This document shows positions 8,915 to 17,615 of a DNA stretch of 64,000 nt, piece after piece (positions within the stretch are counted from its first letter, which is position 1; the number at the start of each line of letters is the position of its first letter). The stretch is from Candidatus Zambryskibacteria bacterium CG10_big_fil_rev_8_21_14_0_10_42_12 (GTDB taxonomy: Bacteria; Patescibacteriota; Minisyncoccia; Phycocordibacterales; 1-14-0-10-42-12). Under the pieces are notes generated by a model. That model did not search any database and had not been told where the DNA came from. It saw only the letters and a program-made list of their open reading frames with translations. The stretch is taken from contig PCXL01000011.1 of assembly GCA_002787695.1 (NCBI GenBank), forward strand, positions 138,250-202,249. The letters run 5' to 3'. Position numbers and translations under genes: made by a program.

Positions 8915-8935
8915 AAGCCCCGCAATGCGGGGCTT
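8915..8935. terminator. Bidirectional hairpin terminator between gyrB and the small basic protein gene
   Basis: aagccccgcaatgcggggctt is a perfect 8-bp GC stem, flanked by A/T runs on both sides. Confidence 0.6.
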
Positions 8936-8939
8936 ATTG

Positions 8940-9050
8940 TTATTTCTTCTTCTTTGAAGAAGCTTTCTTTTTTGCTGCAGGCTTTTTAGTTGCCTTTTTT
9001 GCTGCAGGCTTTTTAGTTGCCTTTTTTGCTGCTTTTTTCTTTGCTGGCAT
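8940..9050 (-). CDS. 36-aa lysine/alanine-rich basic protein (histone H1/Hc1-like), absent from the ORF track because it is under 60 aa
   Basis: Minus-strand ATG (9050) to TAA (8940) encodes MPAKKKAAKKATKKPAAKKATKKPAAKKKASSKKKK. It contains a perfect 27-nt tandem duplication (8974-9000 and 9001-9027). Confidence 0.5.
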   Translation of the reverse strand: MPAKKKAAKKATKKPAAKKATKKPAAKKKASSKKKK

Positions 9051-9259
9051 GATGTGATATTTACTCAAAAGAGTTAATGGTTCGACCACGTGTGTAGCCG
9101 TCTGGAGTTGGTATGAAAGTCGTGAGACTCTCAGACACTTTCACTACACTTTGATTATATGCTGTGTATAGAAACTGAAAAGATGGGGACAACGATGGCG
9201 GGTGTCAGGTACTAGTTATTAGGTTTTAGTAAAAATACTTTATAGATAAAAAAGAATGT

Positions 9260-9300
9260 CCCTCGACAACGGTTCCTCCTGGCGCCGTTCTGTCGAGGGA
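9260..9300 (-). terminator. Intrinsic terminator downstream of thrS (minus strand)
   Basis: Minus-strand stem CCCUCGACAGAACGG...CCGUUGUCGAGGG is followed by ACAUUCUUUUUUAU. Confidence 0.5.
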
Positions 9301-9401
9301 GCTTTCTTGTGGAAGGCGAGGAGAGCAAATCACCTGGCATCCACTTATCTTTTTGAACCAGATGGAGGAACCATCTTCCCACTGATTAGAATAATAAGGT
9401 T

Positions 9402-11132
9402 TTATTTTTTATTTGCAACTATTTCTTTTAGATATGAAATTGTGTCTGAGATAGATTTGGCACCAATTTTTTCTTCGCGCCCTTCAATAGTAAGTGTTTT
9501 TTCCTCAACTTCTTTGTCTCCAATGACGAGTAAATAAGGAGTTCGTTCTTCTTTTGCTGCTCTGATCTTCTTTCCAAGACTTTCTTTTCTGTCATCAAGT
9601 TCTACGCGTAGTCCCGCTTCTTTCATCTCCTTCAAGACTTCTTCTGCGTATGGGAGATGAGTGTCGCTAATAGGGAGAATCATGGCTTGTACAGGGGCGA
9701 GCCAGAGCGGAAAGTGTCCGCCAAAGTGTTCGATCATGACACCCATGAATCGTTCAAGTGAACCAGAGATGGCGCGGTGAATCACGACAGGACGTTCTTT
9801 CTCACCTTTTTCATTTGTAAACGATAGTTCGAATCTCTCTGGAAGATTGAAATCGCATTGAATGGTTGCGAGTTGCCATTCACGCCCGATCGCATCTTTG
9901 AACATGAAATCGAGTTTTGGTCCGTAAAAGGCTGCTTCGTCTCGTCCAACGACATAGTTGAGGTCATTTGCTTTTGCTGCAGATTCAAGCGCCGCTTCTG
10001 CTTTTTCCCATACATCGTCTCCGCCCAGATATTTACTAGTGTCATCTCCGCGAACAGAAAGGCGCACCCAGTAACCATCGAACATATTCATGGTGGTATA
10101 GAATTCTCGGATGATAGAGACGATAGTACTTACTTCTTGCTCTATTTGATCAACACGACAAAATAGATGTCCGTCGTCTTGTGTTATTGAGCGAACACGT
10201 GTCAGTCCTGCAAGTTGCCCAGCCTTTTCATAGCGGTACACCGTACCTGGTTCAAAATATCTCACCGGCATGTCTCGATATGAAAATGTGTTGTCTGCAA
10301 AGATTTGCATGTGGTGTGGGCAGTTCATCGGCTTCATAAAAAATTCCTCATCCCCACCTTTGACGCGGAAAAGTTCATCACCAAATTTGCTTGCATGTCC
10401 AGATGTCTCATATAAATCTTGTTTTGCGAGATGGGGTGTCCACACTCTCTGATAACCTTTGCTCTGGTGAAGATCCCATAGGTAATTCTCAATTTCTTGT
10501 CGAATAGTCATTCCTCGTGGTTGCATCAAGGGAAGTCCTGGGCCGACGAGGTCAGAGATTGTAAAGAGCTTCATTTCTTTTCCAATTTTTCGGTGATCTC
10601 TTTTTTTGGCTTCTTCCATCATCCACTCATACTTTTCAAGCGCCTCTTTATTCTCAAATGCGAGTCCATAAATACGAGTAAGCATTTTATTTTTTTCATC
10701 TCCTCGCCAGTATGCTCCTGCAATACGATCCAGTTTGAATGCGTCAGGAGAAATTTCTTTACTGAGATTCTCGCTGTGTCCACCGCGACAGAGGTCGGTG
10801 AATTCACCTGATGTATAAAAAGTTATTTTTTCTCCTTTTTCTTCGAGTTCTTTGATGAGCTCTAGTTTGTACGAGTTGTTTTTAAAGTGTTCTTTGGCTT
10901 CAGAGGCTGTCACTTCACGACCCTCAAAAGACGTCCATGAAGGCAAAATCTCTTTCATTTTCTTCTCTATTTTTGCAAGATCTTTTTCTGAAATAGGAGT
11001 AGAGAATTCAAAATCATAATAAAACCCGTTTTCGACAGCAGGACCAATTGTTGGTTTTGCATCCGGGTAAAGTTCCTTAACCGCAGCCGCAAGCAGGTGG
11101 GCTAAACTGTGTCTCATGGGTTCAAGATTCAT
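9402..11132 (-). CDS. thrS: Threonine--tRNA ligase (576 aa, lacks the N-terminal TGS region)
   Basis: Class II aaRS motifs (FRVKGGDEEFFMKPMNCPHH, RVRSITQDDGHLFC, GPKLDF) and a C-terminal anticodon-binding domain. Confidence 0.9.
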   Translation of the reverse strand: MNLEPMRHSLAHLLAAAVKELYPDAKPTIGPAVENGFYYDFEFSTPISEKDLAKIEKKMKEILPSWTSFEGREVTASEAKEHFKNNSYKLELIKELEEKGEKITFYTSGEFTDLCRGGHSENLSKEISPDAFKLDRIAGAYWRGDEKNKMLTRIYGLAFENKEALEKYEWMMEEAKKRDHRKIGKEMKLFTISDLVGPGLPLMQPRGMTIRQEIENYLWDLHQSKGYQRVWTPHLAKQDLYETSGHASKFGDELFRVKGGDEEFFMKPMNCPHHMQIFADNTFSYRDMPVRYFEPGTVYRYEKAGQLAGLTRVRSITQDDGHLFCRVDQIEQEVSTIVSIIREFYTTMNMFDGYWVRLSVRGDDTSKYLGGDDVWEKAEAALESAAKANDLNYVVGRDEAAFYGPKLDFMFKDAIGREWQLATIQCDFNLPERFELSFTNEKGEKERPVVIHRAISGSLERFMGVMIEHFGGHFPLWLAPVQAMILPISDTHLPYAEEVLKEMKEAGLRVELDDRKESLGKKIRAAKEERTPYLLVIGDKEVEEKTLTIEGREEKIGAKSISDTISYLKEIVANKK

Positions 11133-11224
11133 ATATGGCTATAGTATCAGGTTTTATGTTTATGGGGAATAAATTTTTTACAGTAGATAAATTACAAGGG
11201 GCACCCTTGTAATTTTTTGTTTTT

Positions 11225-14200
11225 TTACAACTTCTTTACTTTATCAATCTTCAGTGTTTTTTCATCGTTTCGGATTGAAACATGTCCCTTGAAAGCAACG
11301 ACTGATTCGGGTACCAGAACGGTTTTGTATTCTTCAAGTGTTTTTGGGAAGGCCACGCATTCTATAGTGTCGGTGAGGTCACGAAGTTTGATAAACGCCA
11401 TCTTATCTCCTTTCTTTGTGTAAATTTCTCGCATGTCTTCGATGATACCGCCGACAACAACTTCTTGTTCTTCTTCACCTTCTTTTTTCAGATCGGCGAG
11501 TTGTACTTTTCCATTCTCGAGCTTATCCTTGATGCGATCGAGTGGATGACCGGAAATGTAGAGACCCAAGAGTTCTTTTTCCCAGGAGAGTTTATCTTCC
11601 ATACTTGCTTGCTCACTCGGTTTTAGATTGAGTGTATTGCCACCTGGCAGAGATCCAAAAAGAGAGTCTTGTCCGGCATTCTTTTGCATCTCTTTGTTAT
11701 GAGCGAGGAGTAGGTCAAGGTTCTCGAGCATTTCACCACGTTCACCGAACTCATCCATGGCTCCTGATTTGATAAGGGACTCGAGTGATTTTTTATTGAG
11801 GTTCCGGTCTTGCACACGCTCGAGAAAGTCGGTAAGTGAAGCAAACTTTCCGCCGCGTTTACGTTCAGCAATAATGGCTTCAGAAATTCCCTCACCAAAG
11901 TTTTTTATGGTTGTGAGTCCAAAGCGGATATGATCTTCTCCTTTTTCATCTTTTACTACGGTAAAGTCACTAAAACTTTCATTAATAGCTGGTGGCATGA
12001 CGTCGATTCCCATACGCTTACATTCAGCAACCATTTCTGCGACGCGCTCTGTATCTCCTGATTCTGCAGTGAGTACGGCAGTCATATAGAGAACGGGATA
12101 GTTTGCCTTGAGATAGGACGTGAGATACGCAATACGGCCATAACTCGCGGCGTGAGCTTTGTTAAAGCCGTACGCGGCGAATGTCTCGATAGAGTCCCAC
12201 AGTTCTTGTGTTTGTTTTTCTGTGAGGCCGCCAACTTCTTGACATCCTTTAGAAAATTTTTCTTTCTGCGCCATCATCACTTCGGGAATTTTCTTACCCA
12301 TAGCTTTACGGAATTTATCGGCATCTCCCCATGAGTATCCAGCAAAATGCACGGCGATAAGCATGATGTCGTCTTGATAAATGAGGATCCCAAATGTTTG
12401 TTCTAGGATGTCTTTAAAACGATTGTCTATATAGCGAACGCGTTCGGGATTGTGTTTACGTTCAATATAGTCTGGGATAAAGGCCATCGGACCCGGACGA
12501 TAGAGAGCCACCATGGCATTGATATCAAATATGTTTGTCGGCTTTAGTTCTTTGAGAAAACGAGTCATACCATCTCCGTTTAGCTGGAATGTTGCAGCAG
12601 TTTCTCCACGTGCGAGCATGTCGTATGTTTTTGTATCATCGAGCGGAATAGTATCGATGTCGAGCTCAACTCCCTTGAGTTTATGAATGAGCTCGAGTGT
12701 GTTACCCATGATGGTCAAGTTCTTAAGACCGAGGAAGTCAAATTTCAAAAGACCGACTCCGTCTTCACCGACAGAATGCATGTCAAACTGCGTGATGAGT
12801 TTACCTTCGCCTTTTGGATCCCACTGGATGGCTGCATCTTCTGTTAGTGGGCGCGGTGAGATCACCACGCCGGCAGCGTGAACACCAATATGTCTTGCAC
12901 AGCCTTCAATTTTCTTTGCCATGTCGAGAATGTCATGTACGTCACGTTCTTTTTTATAGATTTCTTTGAGTTCAGGTACTTCGTCCATTGCACGGTCGAT
13001 AGTCATCGGAAAACCTTGTGCACCCATAGGGATCAGTTTGGCGATACGGTCTCCGGTGCTATATGGGAACCCAAGGGCTCTTGCTACGTCACGCACTGCG
13101 CCACGAGCCGCCATGGTACCGAAGGTACCGATCTGTGCTACGTTATCTTTTCCGTATTTCTCGCGTACATAGGTGATAAGTTCATCGCGTCGTGCATCGG
13201 CAAAGTCCATGTCGATATCAGGAGCAGATGGACGACCAGGGTTTAGAAAACGTTCAAAGGGAAGCCCGAGCTCTATTGGGTCAACAAGAGTAATACCGAC
13301 AAGGTATGAGACGAGAGAGCCAGCAGCGGAACCTCGGGTATTGCTCAATATTTTTGTTTTCTTTGCGTGTGCCAATATGTCCGCCACCACCAGAAAATAT
13401 TTTGAGTATCCTTTTGTTTTGATAACCTCGAGCTCATAGTCGATACGTTTCTTAAGATCTTCTGTTAGTTCCATTCCGCGCCACGAAACACCTGCGTATG
13501 CTTTGTCACGGAGTTCGTCGTCAGGAGATTTGCCACTTTCAGTTTTGAGATCGGGAAATTTCCACGCTTCTTGTCCGAGTACGATTTCCAGATTGCATGA
13601 GTCGGCTATTTTTACAGTATTTTCAAGTGTCTCTGGATTTTTTTTGAAAAGTTTTACTGCTTGTTTTTGGGTAATGAAAGAGAAATCTTCCTCACTTTCA
13701 TCAAAACCGCCGAGACTTGTTTTTCCTCCGCCGATTGAGACAAGAGTTTCTCGTGCAGAACGATCCGTAGGTTTTAAATAGTAGACATCGTGTGCAGCAA
13801 CGATAGGGACGCTCGTTTCTTGGGCAAAAGACATGATGTGTTCCATATGCTCCTCATGCATGTCGATTTCTGGATGATGGGTGATTTCGAAATATAGGTT
13901 TTCTCCATACGTTTTTTTATAAAATTCAAGAGTTTCTTTTGCACGAACAGTGTCATTGGTTTTTAGTATTTGCACAATTTCACCGGAGAACGACGGGATG
14001 ATAGCAATCAACCCTTCGCTGTAGGCTGCAAGAAGTTCTTTGTCGACTCGTGGTTTGTAGTAGAATCCCTCGAGGTACGAGAGACTCGAAAGTTTTAACA
14101 AGTTTTTCCAACCCTTTTCGTTTTGTGCCAACAAAACAAGACGTGTACTCCCTCGGTCGATTTTGCCATCTTTGTCGTGGCGGGTGCGCGGTGCAACATA

Positions 14201-14404
14201 GACATCGAGCCCGAGGATCGGTTTAATCTCTTGTTTTTTACATTCCTGATAAAACTCTATTGCCCCGTAAAGACCTCCATTGTCTGTGAGTGCGAGTGCA
14301 GTTTGTCCATCATCTTTTGCCGCTTTTACCAAGTCCGGGATCTTTGGTAGGGCATTTAAAAGACTGTAGTGGCTATGTGTATGGAGATGTACGAATTGAG
14401 ACAT
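11225..14404 (-). CDS. dnaE: DNA polymerase III alpha subunit
   Basis: N-terminal PHP domain (HLHTHSHYSLLN), polymerase core (GLLKFDFLGLKNLT) and an OB-fold C-terminus. 1059 aa. Confidence 0.95.
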   Translation of the reverse strand: MSQFVHLHTHSHYSLLNALPKIPDLVKAAKDDGQTALALTDNGGLYGAIEFYQECKKQEIKPILGLDVYVAPRTRHDKDGKIDRGSTRLVLLAQNEKGWKNLLKLSSLSYLEGFYYKPRVDKELLAAYSEGLIAIIPSFSGEIVQILKTNDTVRAKETLEFYKKTYGENLYFEITHHPEIDMHEEHMEHIMSFAQETSVPIVAAHDVYYLKPTDRSARETLVSIGGGKTSLGGFDESEEDFSFITQKQAVKLFKKNPETLENTVKIADSCNLEIVLGQEAWKFPDLKTESGKSPDDELRDKAYAGVSWRGMELTEDLKKRIDYELEVIKTKGYSKYFLVVADILAHAKKTKILSNTRGSAAGSLVSYLVGITLVDPIELGLPFERFLNPGRPSAPDIDMDFADARRDELITYVREKYGKDNVAQIGTFGTMAARGAVRDVARALGFPYSTGDRIAKLIPMGAQGFPMTIDRAMDEVPELKEIYKKERDVHDILDMAKKIEGCARHIGVHAAGVVISPRPLTEDAAIQWDPKGEGKLITQFDMHSVGEDGVGLLKFDFLGLKNLTIMGNTLELIHKLKGVELDIDTIPLDDTKTYDMLARGETAATFQLNGDGMTRFLKELKPTNIFDINAMVALYRPGPMAFIPDYIERKHNPERVRYIDNRFKDILEQTFGILIYQDDIMLIAVHFAGYSWGDADKFRKAMGKKIPEVMMAQKEKFSKGCQEVGGLTEKQTQELWDSIETFAAYGFNKAHAASYGRIAYLTSYLKANYPVLYMTAVLTAESGDTERVAEMVAECKRMGIDVMPPAINESFSDFTVVKDEKGEDHIRFGLTTIKNFGEGISEAIIAERKRGGKFASLTDFLERVQDRNLNKKSLESLIKSGAMDEFGERGEMLENLDLLLAHNKEMQKNAGQDSLFGSLPGGNTLNLKPSEQASMEDKLSWEKELLGLYISGHPLDRIKDKLENGKVQLADLKKEGEEEQEVVVGGIIEDMREIYTKKGDKMAFIKLRDLTDTIECVAFPKTLEEYKTVLVPESVVAFKGHVSIRNDEKTLKIDKVKKL

Positions 14405-14437
14405 AAGGCGTGTAACAGAAGTATTATACTAGAGAAG

Positions 14438-15055
14438 ATGGCGAAGCCGAAAAAAACATATTTTTCATATATTGTCGGGATTGATGAAGCGGGCCGTGGC
14501 CCACTTGCGGGTCCCGTGGCGGTTGGACTTGTGTGCATTCCGGTAAATTTTAATAAAAAGCTTTTTGGAAAAGCGAAAGATTCAAAACAGCTTTCCGAAA
14601 AAATACGGGAAGAAATATTTCTTGAGACAAAGAAGCTGCATAGAGATGGCGTGCTTACGTACGCAGTATCGATGGTGCATGCAGATGTGATTGATACAAA
14701 AGGTATTACATACGCCATAAAACTATGTATCAAAAGGTGTCTTAAAAAATGTGGCGTAAGCCCAGAAGAAACAATGGTGTTGCTCGATGGGTCATTAAAA
14801 GCGCCAAGGGTATATGTACACCAAAAAACAATCATAAGAGGGGATCAGAAAGAAAAAGTGATTTCGCTTGCTTCAATTATGGCGAAAGTGACAAGAGACA
14901 GATGGATGAAGAAAGTTGCTCTCAAATATCCGGAATACGGGTTTGAAATCCATAAAGGATACGGGACCAAAATACACAGAGAGAGTATTAAAAAGAATGG
15001 TTTATCCTCTGTGCATAGAAAGAGCTTCTTGACCCGTATCGAGATAGGCCCGTGA
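14438..15055 (+). CDS. rnhB: Ribonuclease HII
   Basis: YIVGIDEAGRGPLAGPVAVGLV catalytic motif. Start placed at ATG 14438 (MAKPKK), because the ORF track start at 14369 overlaps the dnaE start. Confidence 0.9.
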   Translation: MAKPKKTYFSYIVGIDEAGRGPLAGPVAVGLVCIPVNFNKKLFGKAKDSKQLSEKIREEIFLETKKLHRDGVLTYAVSMVHADVIDTKGITYAIKLCIKRCLKKCGVSPEETMVLLDGSLKAPRVYVHQKTIIRGDQKEKVISLASIMAKVTRDRWMKKVALKYPEYGFEIHKGYGTKIHRESIKKNGLSSVHRKSFLTRIEIGP

Positions 15056-15093
15056 TACTTGATTAATTTCGGAGACCTGTTAGAATAGCGCCT

Positions 15094-15345
15094 ATGGTTA
15101 TTCGAATGAGACATACCAAATCCCATACAAAAAATCGTCGATCGCATCATGCGATTAGCCGAGGTGGTGTTTCTGTGTGCCCAGAATGTGGAGCATCGAA
15201 AATGGCACACCGTGCATGTATGGCTTGTGGCTCATATCGTGGCCGTAAGGTTGTAGGTAAAAAGGAGGTTGTAAAGACAGAACCTGCAGCCAAAACAGAA
15301 CCTCAAAACAAAAAAACAAAAACAGAAGCAAAAAAGAGCAAATAA
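15094..15345 (+). CDS. rpmF: 50S ribosomal protein L32 with a lysine-rich C-terminal tail
   Basis: MRHTKSHTKNRRSHHAIS matches the L32 signature and CPECGASKMAHRACMACG is the zinc ribbon. The start may be 15106. Confidence 0.85.
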   Translation: MVIRMRHTKSHTKNRRSHHAISRGGVSVCPECGASKMAHRACMACGSYRGRKVVGKKEVVKTEPAAKTEPQNKKTKTEAKKSK

Positions 15346-15411
15346 TATCCCCATTTGTTCTTTTTTGTTAATTGCCTAAAGGAGGTATACTGTTTTTGAA
15401 GACCTCTAGTT

Positions 15412-16293
15412 ATGGCAAACAGGCACCTTGGAAGATCGATAGCACTACAAACTCTTTTTGAGTGGGATTTCCGTAATCTCTCAAAATCAGATCTGGACTC
15501 AGTTATCAAACGAAACATTGAAGAATTTGCCCCTGGGGCAAGCGACGCTTCGTTTGTTGAGAATCTGGTCAATAGTGTTGTTGAAAAACAAATTGATCTG
15601 GATGCTATTGTGACTAAGGCTGCTCCTGAGTGGCCAATTGATAAGATTTCAAATATCGATCGCAACGTCTTGCGCATCGGTCTTTACGAACTTCTCTTTG
15701 CCCCACATGACGAGGTGCCTCCTAAGGTTGCTATCAATGAAGCTATCGAGATCGCTAAATCATTTGGAGGCGAAACCTCAAGCCGTTTTGTAAACGGTGT
15801 ACTCGGTGCGGTATATAAGGAGATGGGGGAGCCAGGCAAAGATGATGGTCCCAAGGAAAAGAGGGCGCCTATCAAAGAAGATCTTGTGGGCGCAGTGGTG
15901 TACGCCAAAGACAAGGGGGAAATAAAAATTGCTCTCGTACATGATATTTTTGGCCACTGGACACTGACGAAAGGTCATTTGCCAGAAGGTGTAACCGATC
16001 TTAAAAAAGGACTTGTGCAAGCGGTACAAGATGAGCTCGGCATTGATGTTTCTGTAAAGCAGGAAATAGGGGAAAACGAGTATGGTACGTATGATCCAGA
16101 CAAGGGGAAACTAAAAAAACACGTGACCTATTTCTTGGCCGAGACTACATTTAAAAAATTGTCTCTTAAGGAAAGTGGCGGACTAGACAACGCAAAATGG
16201 TTTCCGCTTGAAGGTATTGCAGAGCTCAATTTTTACGATGACATGATGCCGATTGTTACAAAAGCAATCGAGGAACTTGCAAAAGAAGATTAA
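15412..16293 (+). CDS. nusB: NusB antitermination factor fused to a C-terminal Nudix-fold domain with a degenerate Nudix box
   Basis: The N-terminal 150 aa are NusB-like (RSIALQTLFEWDF, RNVLRIGLYELLF, PKVAINEAIEIAKSFGGE). The C-terminal 140 aa read GAVVYAKDKGEIKIALVHDIFGHWTLTKGHLPEGVTDLKKGLVQAVQDELGI...HVTYFLAE, which is Nudix-fold-like, but the box REx2EE is replaced by QAVQDE. Confidence 0.75.
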   Translation: MANRHLGRSIALQTLFEWDFRNLSKSDLDSVIKRNIEEFAPGASDASFVENLVNSVVEKQIDLDAIVTKAAPEWPIDKISNIDRNVLRIGLYELLFAPHDEVPPKVAINEAIEIAKSFGGETSSRFVNGVLGAVYKEMGEPGKDDGPKEKRAPIKEDLVGAVVYAKDKGEIKIALVHDIFGHWTLTKGHLPEGVTDLKKGLVQAVQDELGIDVSVKQEIGENEYGTYDPDKGKLKKHVTYFLAETTFKKLSLKESGGLDNAKWFPLEGIAELNFYDDMMPIVTKAIEELAKED

Positions 16294-16309
16294 TCACTAA
16301 AAGAAAGAT

Positions 16310-17014
16310 ATGTTTGATACTAATGCATGTGAAGAAAGAATAGGGGTGACATTCAAAGACAAGAGTATTTTAGAGCAAGCATTTACACACCGTTCATATT
16401 TGAATGAAAACAAAGATACGGGGCGCGAACACAACGAACGTCTCGAGTTTTTAGGGGACGCGGTTTTAGAGCTTGTTATCACTCATTTTCTGTATGAGAA
16501 ATATCCAGATAAAAATGAGGGTGAGCTTACTGCATATCGTAGTGCACTCGTAAAAACAGAAACACTTTCGAGCGTTTCTGAGAGTCTTGGGTTTAATGAC
16601 TTCCTCTTACTCTCTCGTGGTGAAGCAAAGGATACGGGGCGAGCGCGACAATATATTTTGGCGAATACGTTTGAGTCGGTTGTCGGGGCTATATATCTCG
16701 ATCAAGGATATGATACGGCAAAGCAGTTTATTTATGACCACATTACCAACTTGATCGATGCGATTTTGAAGGAGGGAACGTGGATTGATGCCAAGAGTCG
16801 TTTTCAAGAGAAGTCACAAGAAGTTGTGGGAACGACACCTTCATACAGAACGGTAAAAGAGGAAGGGCCAGATCATGACAAGCATTTCACCGTAGGTGTA
16901 TTTCTAGGAAAAGAAAAAGTTGCCGAGGGTTCTGGTAAATCAAAACAAGATGCGGAACAGGCTGCCGCTAAAGCTGCGATGGATGCGAAGGGATGGGAAT
17001 ATGATAGGTTGTAG
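16310..17014 (+). CDS. rnc: Ribonuclease III
   Basis: ERLEFLGDAVLELVITHFLY catalytic signature plus a C-terminal dsRBD (GPDHDKHFTVGVFLG...GSGKSKQDAEQAAAKAA). Confidence 0.9.
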   Translation: MFDTNACEERIGVTFKDKSILEQAFTHRSYLNENKDTGREHNERLEFLGDAVLELVITHFLYEKYPDKNEGELTAYRSALVKTETLSSVSESLGFNDFLLLSRGEAKDTGRARQYILANTFESVVGAIYLDQGYDTAKQFIYDHITNLIDAILKEGTWIDAKSRFQEKSQEVVGTTPSYRTVKEEGPDHDKHFTVGVFLGKEKVAEGSGKSKQDAEQAAAKAAMDAKGWEYDRL

Positions 17015-17040
17015 GTAGTGGGGAAATACAAAAAGAAATT

Positions 17041-17067
17041 GCGGCGCCTCCTTTCGGGGGGCGCCGC
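17041..17067. terminator. GC-rich hairpin terminator between rnc and the convergent minus-strand gene
   Basis: gcggcgcctcc-tttcgg-ggggcgccgc, with a T-run following on the minus strand. Confidence 0.55.
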
Positions 17068-17088
17068 TACTGACTCTGGTAAAATCTG

Positions 17089-17520
17089 TCATTCCGTCGT
17101 TCGTTCGAACACGAAACGGATTGTCGCAGGTCGTTCCCAGCCTACGACATAGCAGTTTTCTTTCAGCATTCCTTGGCAGGAGACTGTCAAGGTTTGAGTT
17201 TCGGCTTGCAGGTGGCTGGATTTGAGATTGCTCGACGACGGACCCTCGGTCAATGAGTAGGTCACTGTCTTCGCGACACTTTCTCCTGGACCTGTTGGAC
17301 CTCCTGTGACCGGTTCGAGCCTCGCAGGAAATTTGAACACGATAGTCCCGCCTGGTTTGCGAACCCCGTCGACTTGAGTGTCGTCAATACGGACAGTTCG
17401 CTCGGCTGACTCTGGCCACGAAGTTACCAAACTGGCGACAAAGACGCCGAATCCTAAGCATAGGAGAATTATGACGGCACGCAATATCTTCTTACTTGTC
17501 ATACGACACCTCAAGCTCAA
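17089..17520 (-). CDS. Hypothetical secreted or membrane-anchored protein in a locally GC-elevated segment
   Basis: Signal/transmembrane segment AVIILLCLGFGVFVASLV and no recognised domain. Local GC is about 50%, against roughly 40% nearby. Confidence 0.4.
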   Translation of the reverse strand: MSLRCRMTSKKILRAVIILLCLGFGVFVASLVTSWPESAERTVRIDDTQVDGVRKPGGTIVFKFPARLEPVTGGPTGPGESVAKTVTYSLTEGPSSSNLKSSHLQAETQTLTVSCQGMLKENCYVVGWERPATIRFVFERTTE

Positions 17521-17590
17521 TGGGCGATTGCCCGGCGAGCTTTCTCTAAAGAGAACTTTACATATTTTTTATCAATTGTCAATAAACAAA

Positions 17591-17610
17591 AACCACCCAG
17601 CTGGGTGGTT
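17591..17610. terminator. Bidirectional hairpin terminator
   Basis: aaccacccagctgggtggtt is a perfect palindrome flanked by A-runs and T-runs. Confidence 0.6.
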
Positions 17611-17615
17611 TTTGT

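Noticed and set aside
9256-9537. 93-aa + strand ORF overlapping the thrS 3' end
   Set aside because: It lies mostly antisense to thrS and within the thrS terminator and 3' UTR, and has no protein-like features.
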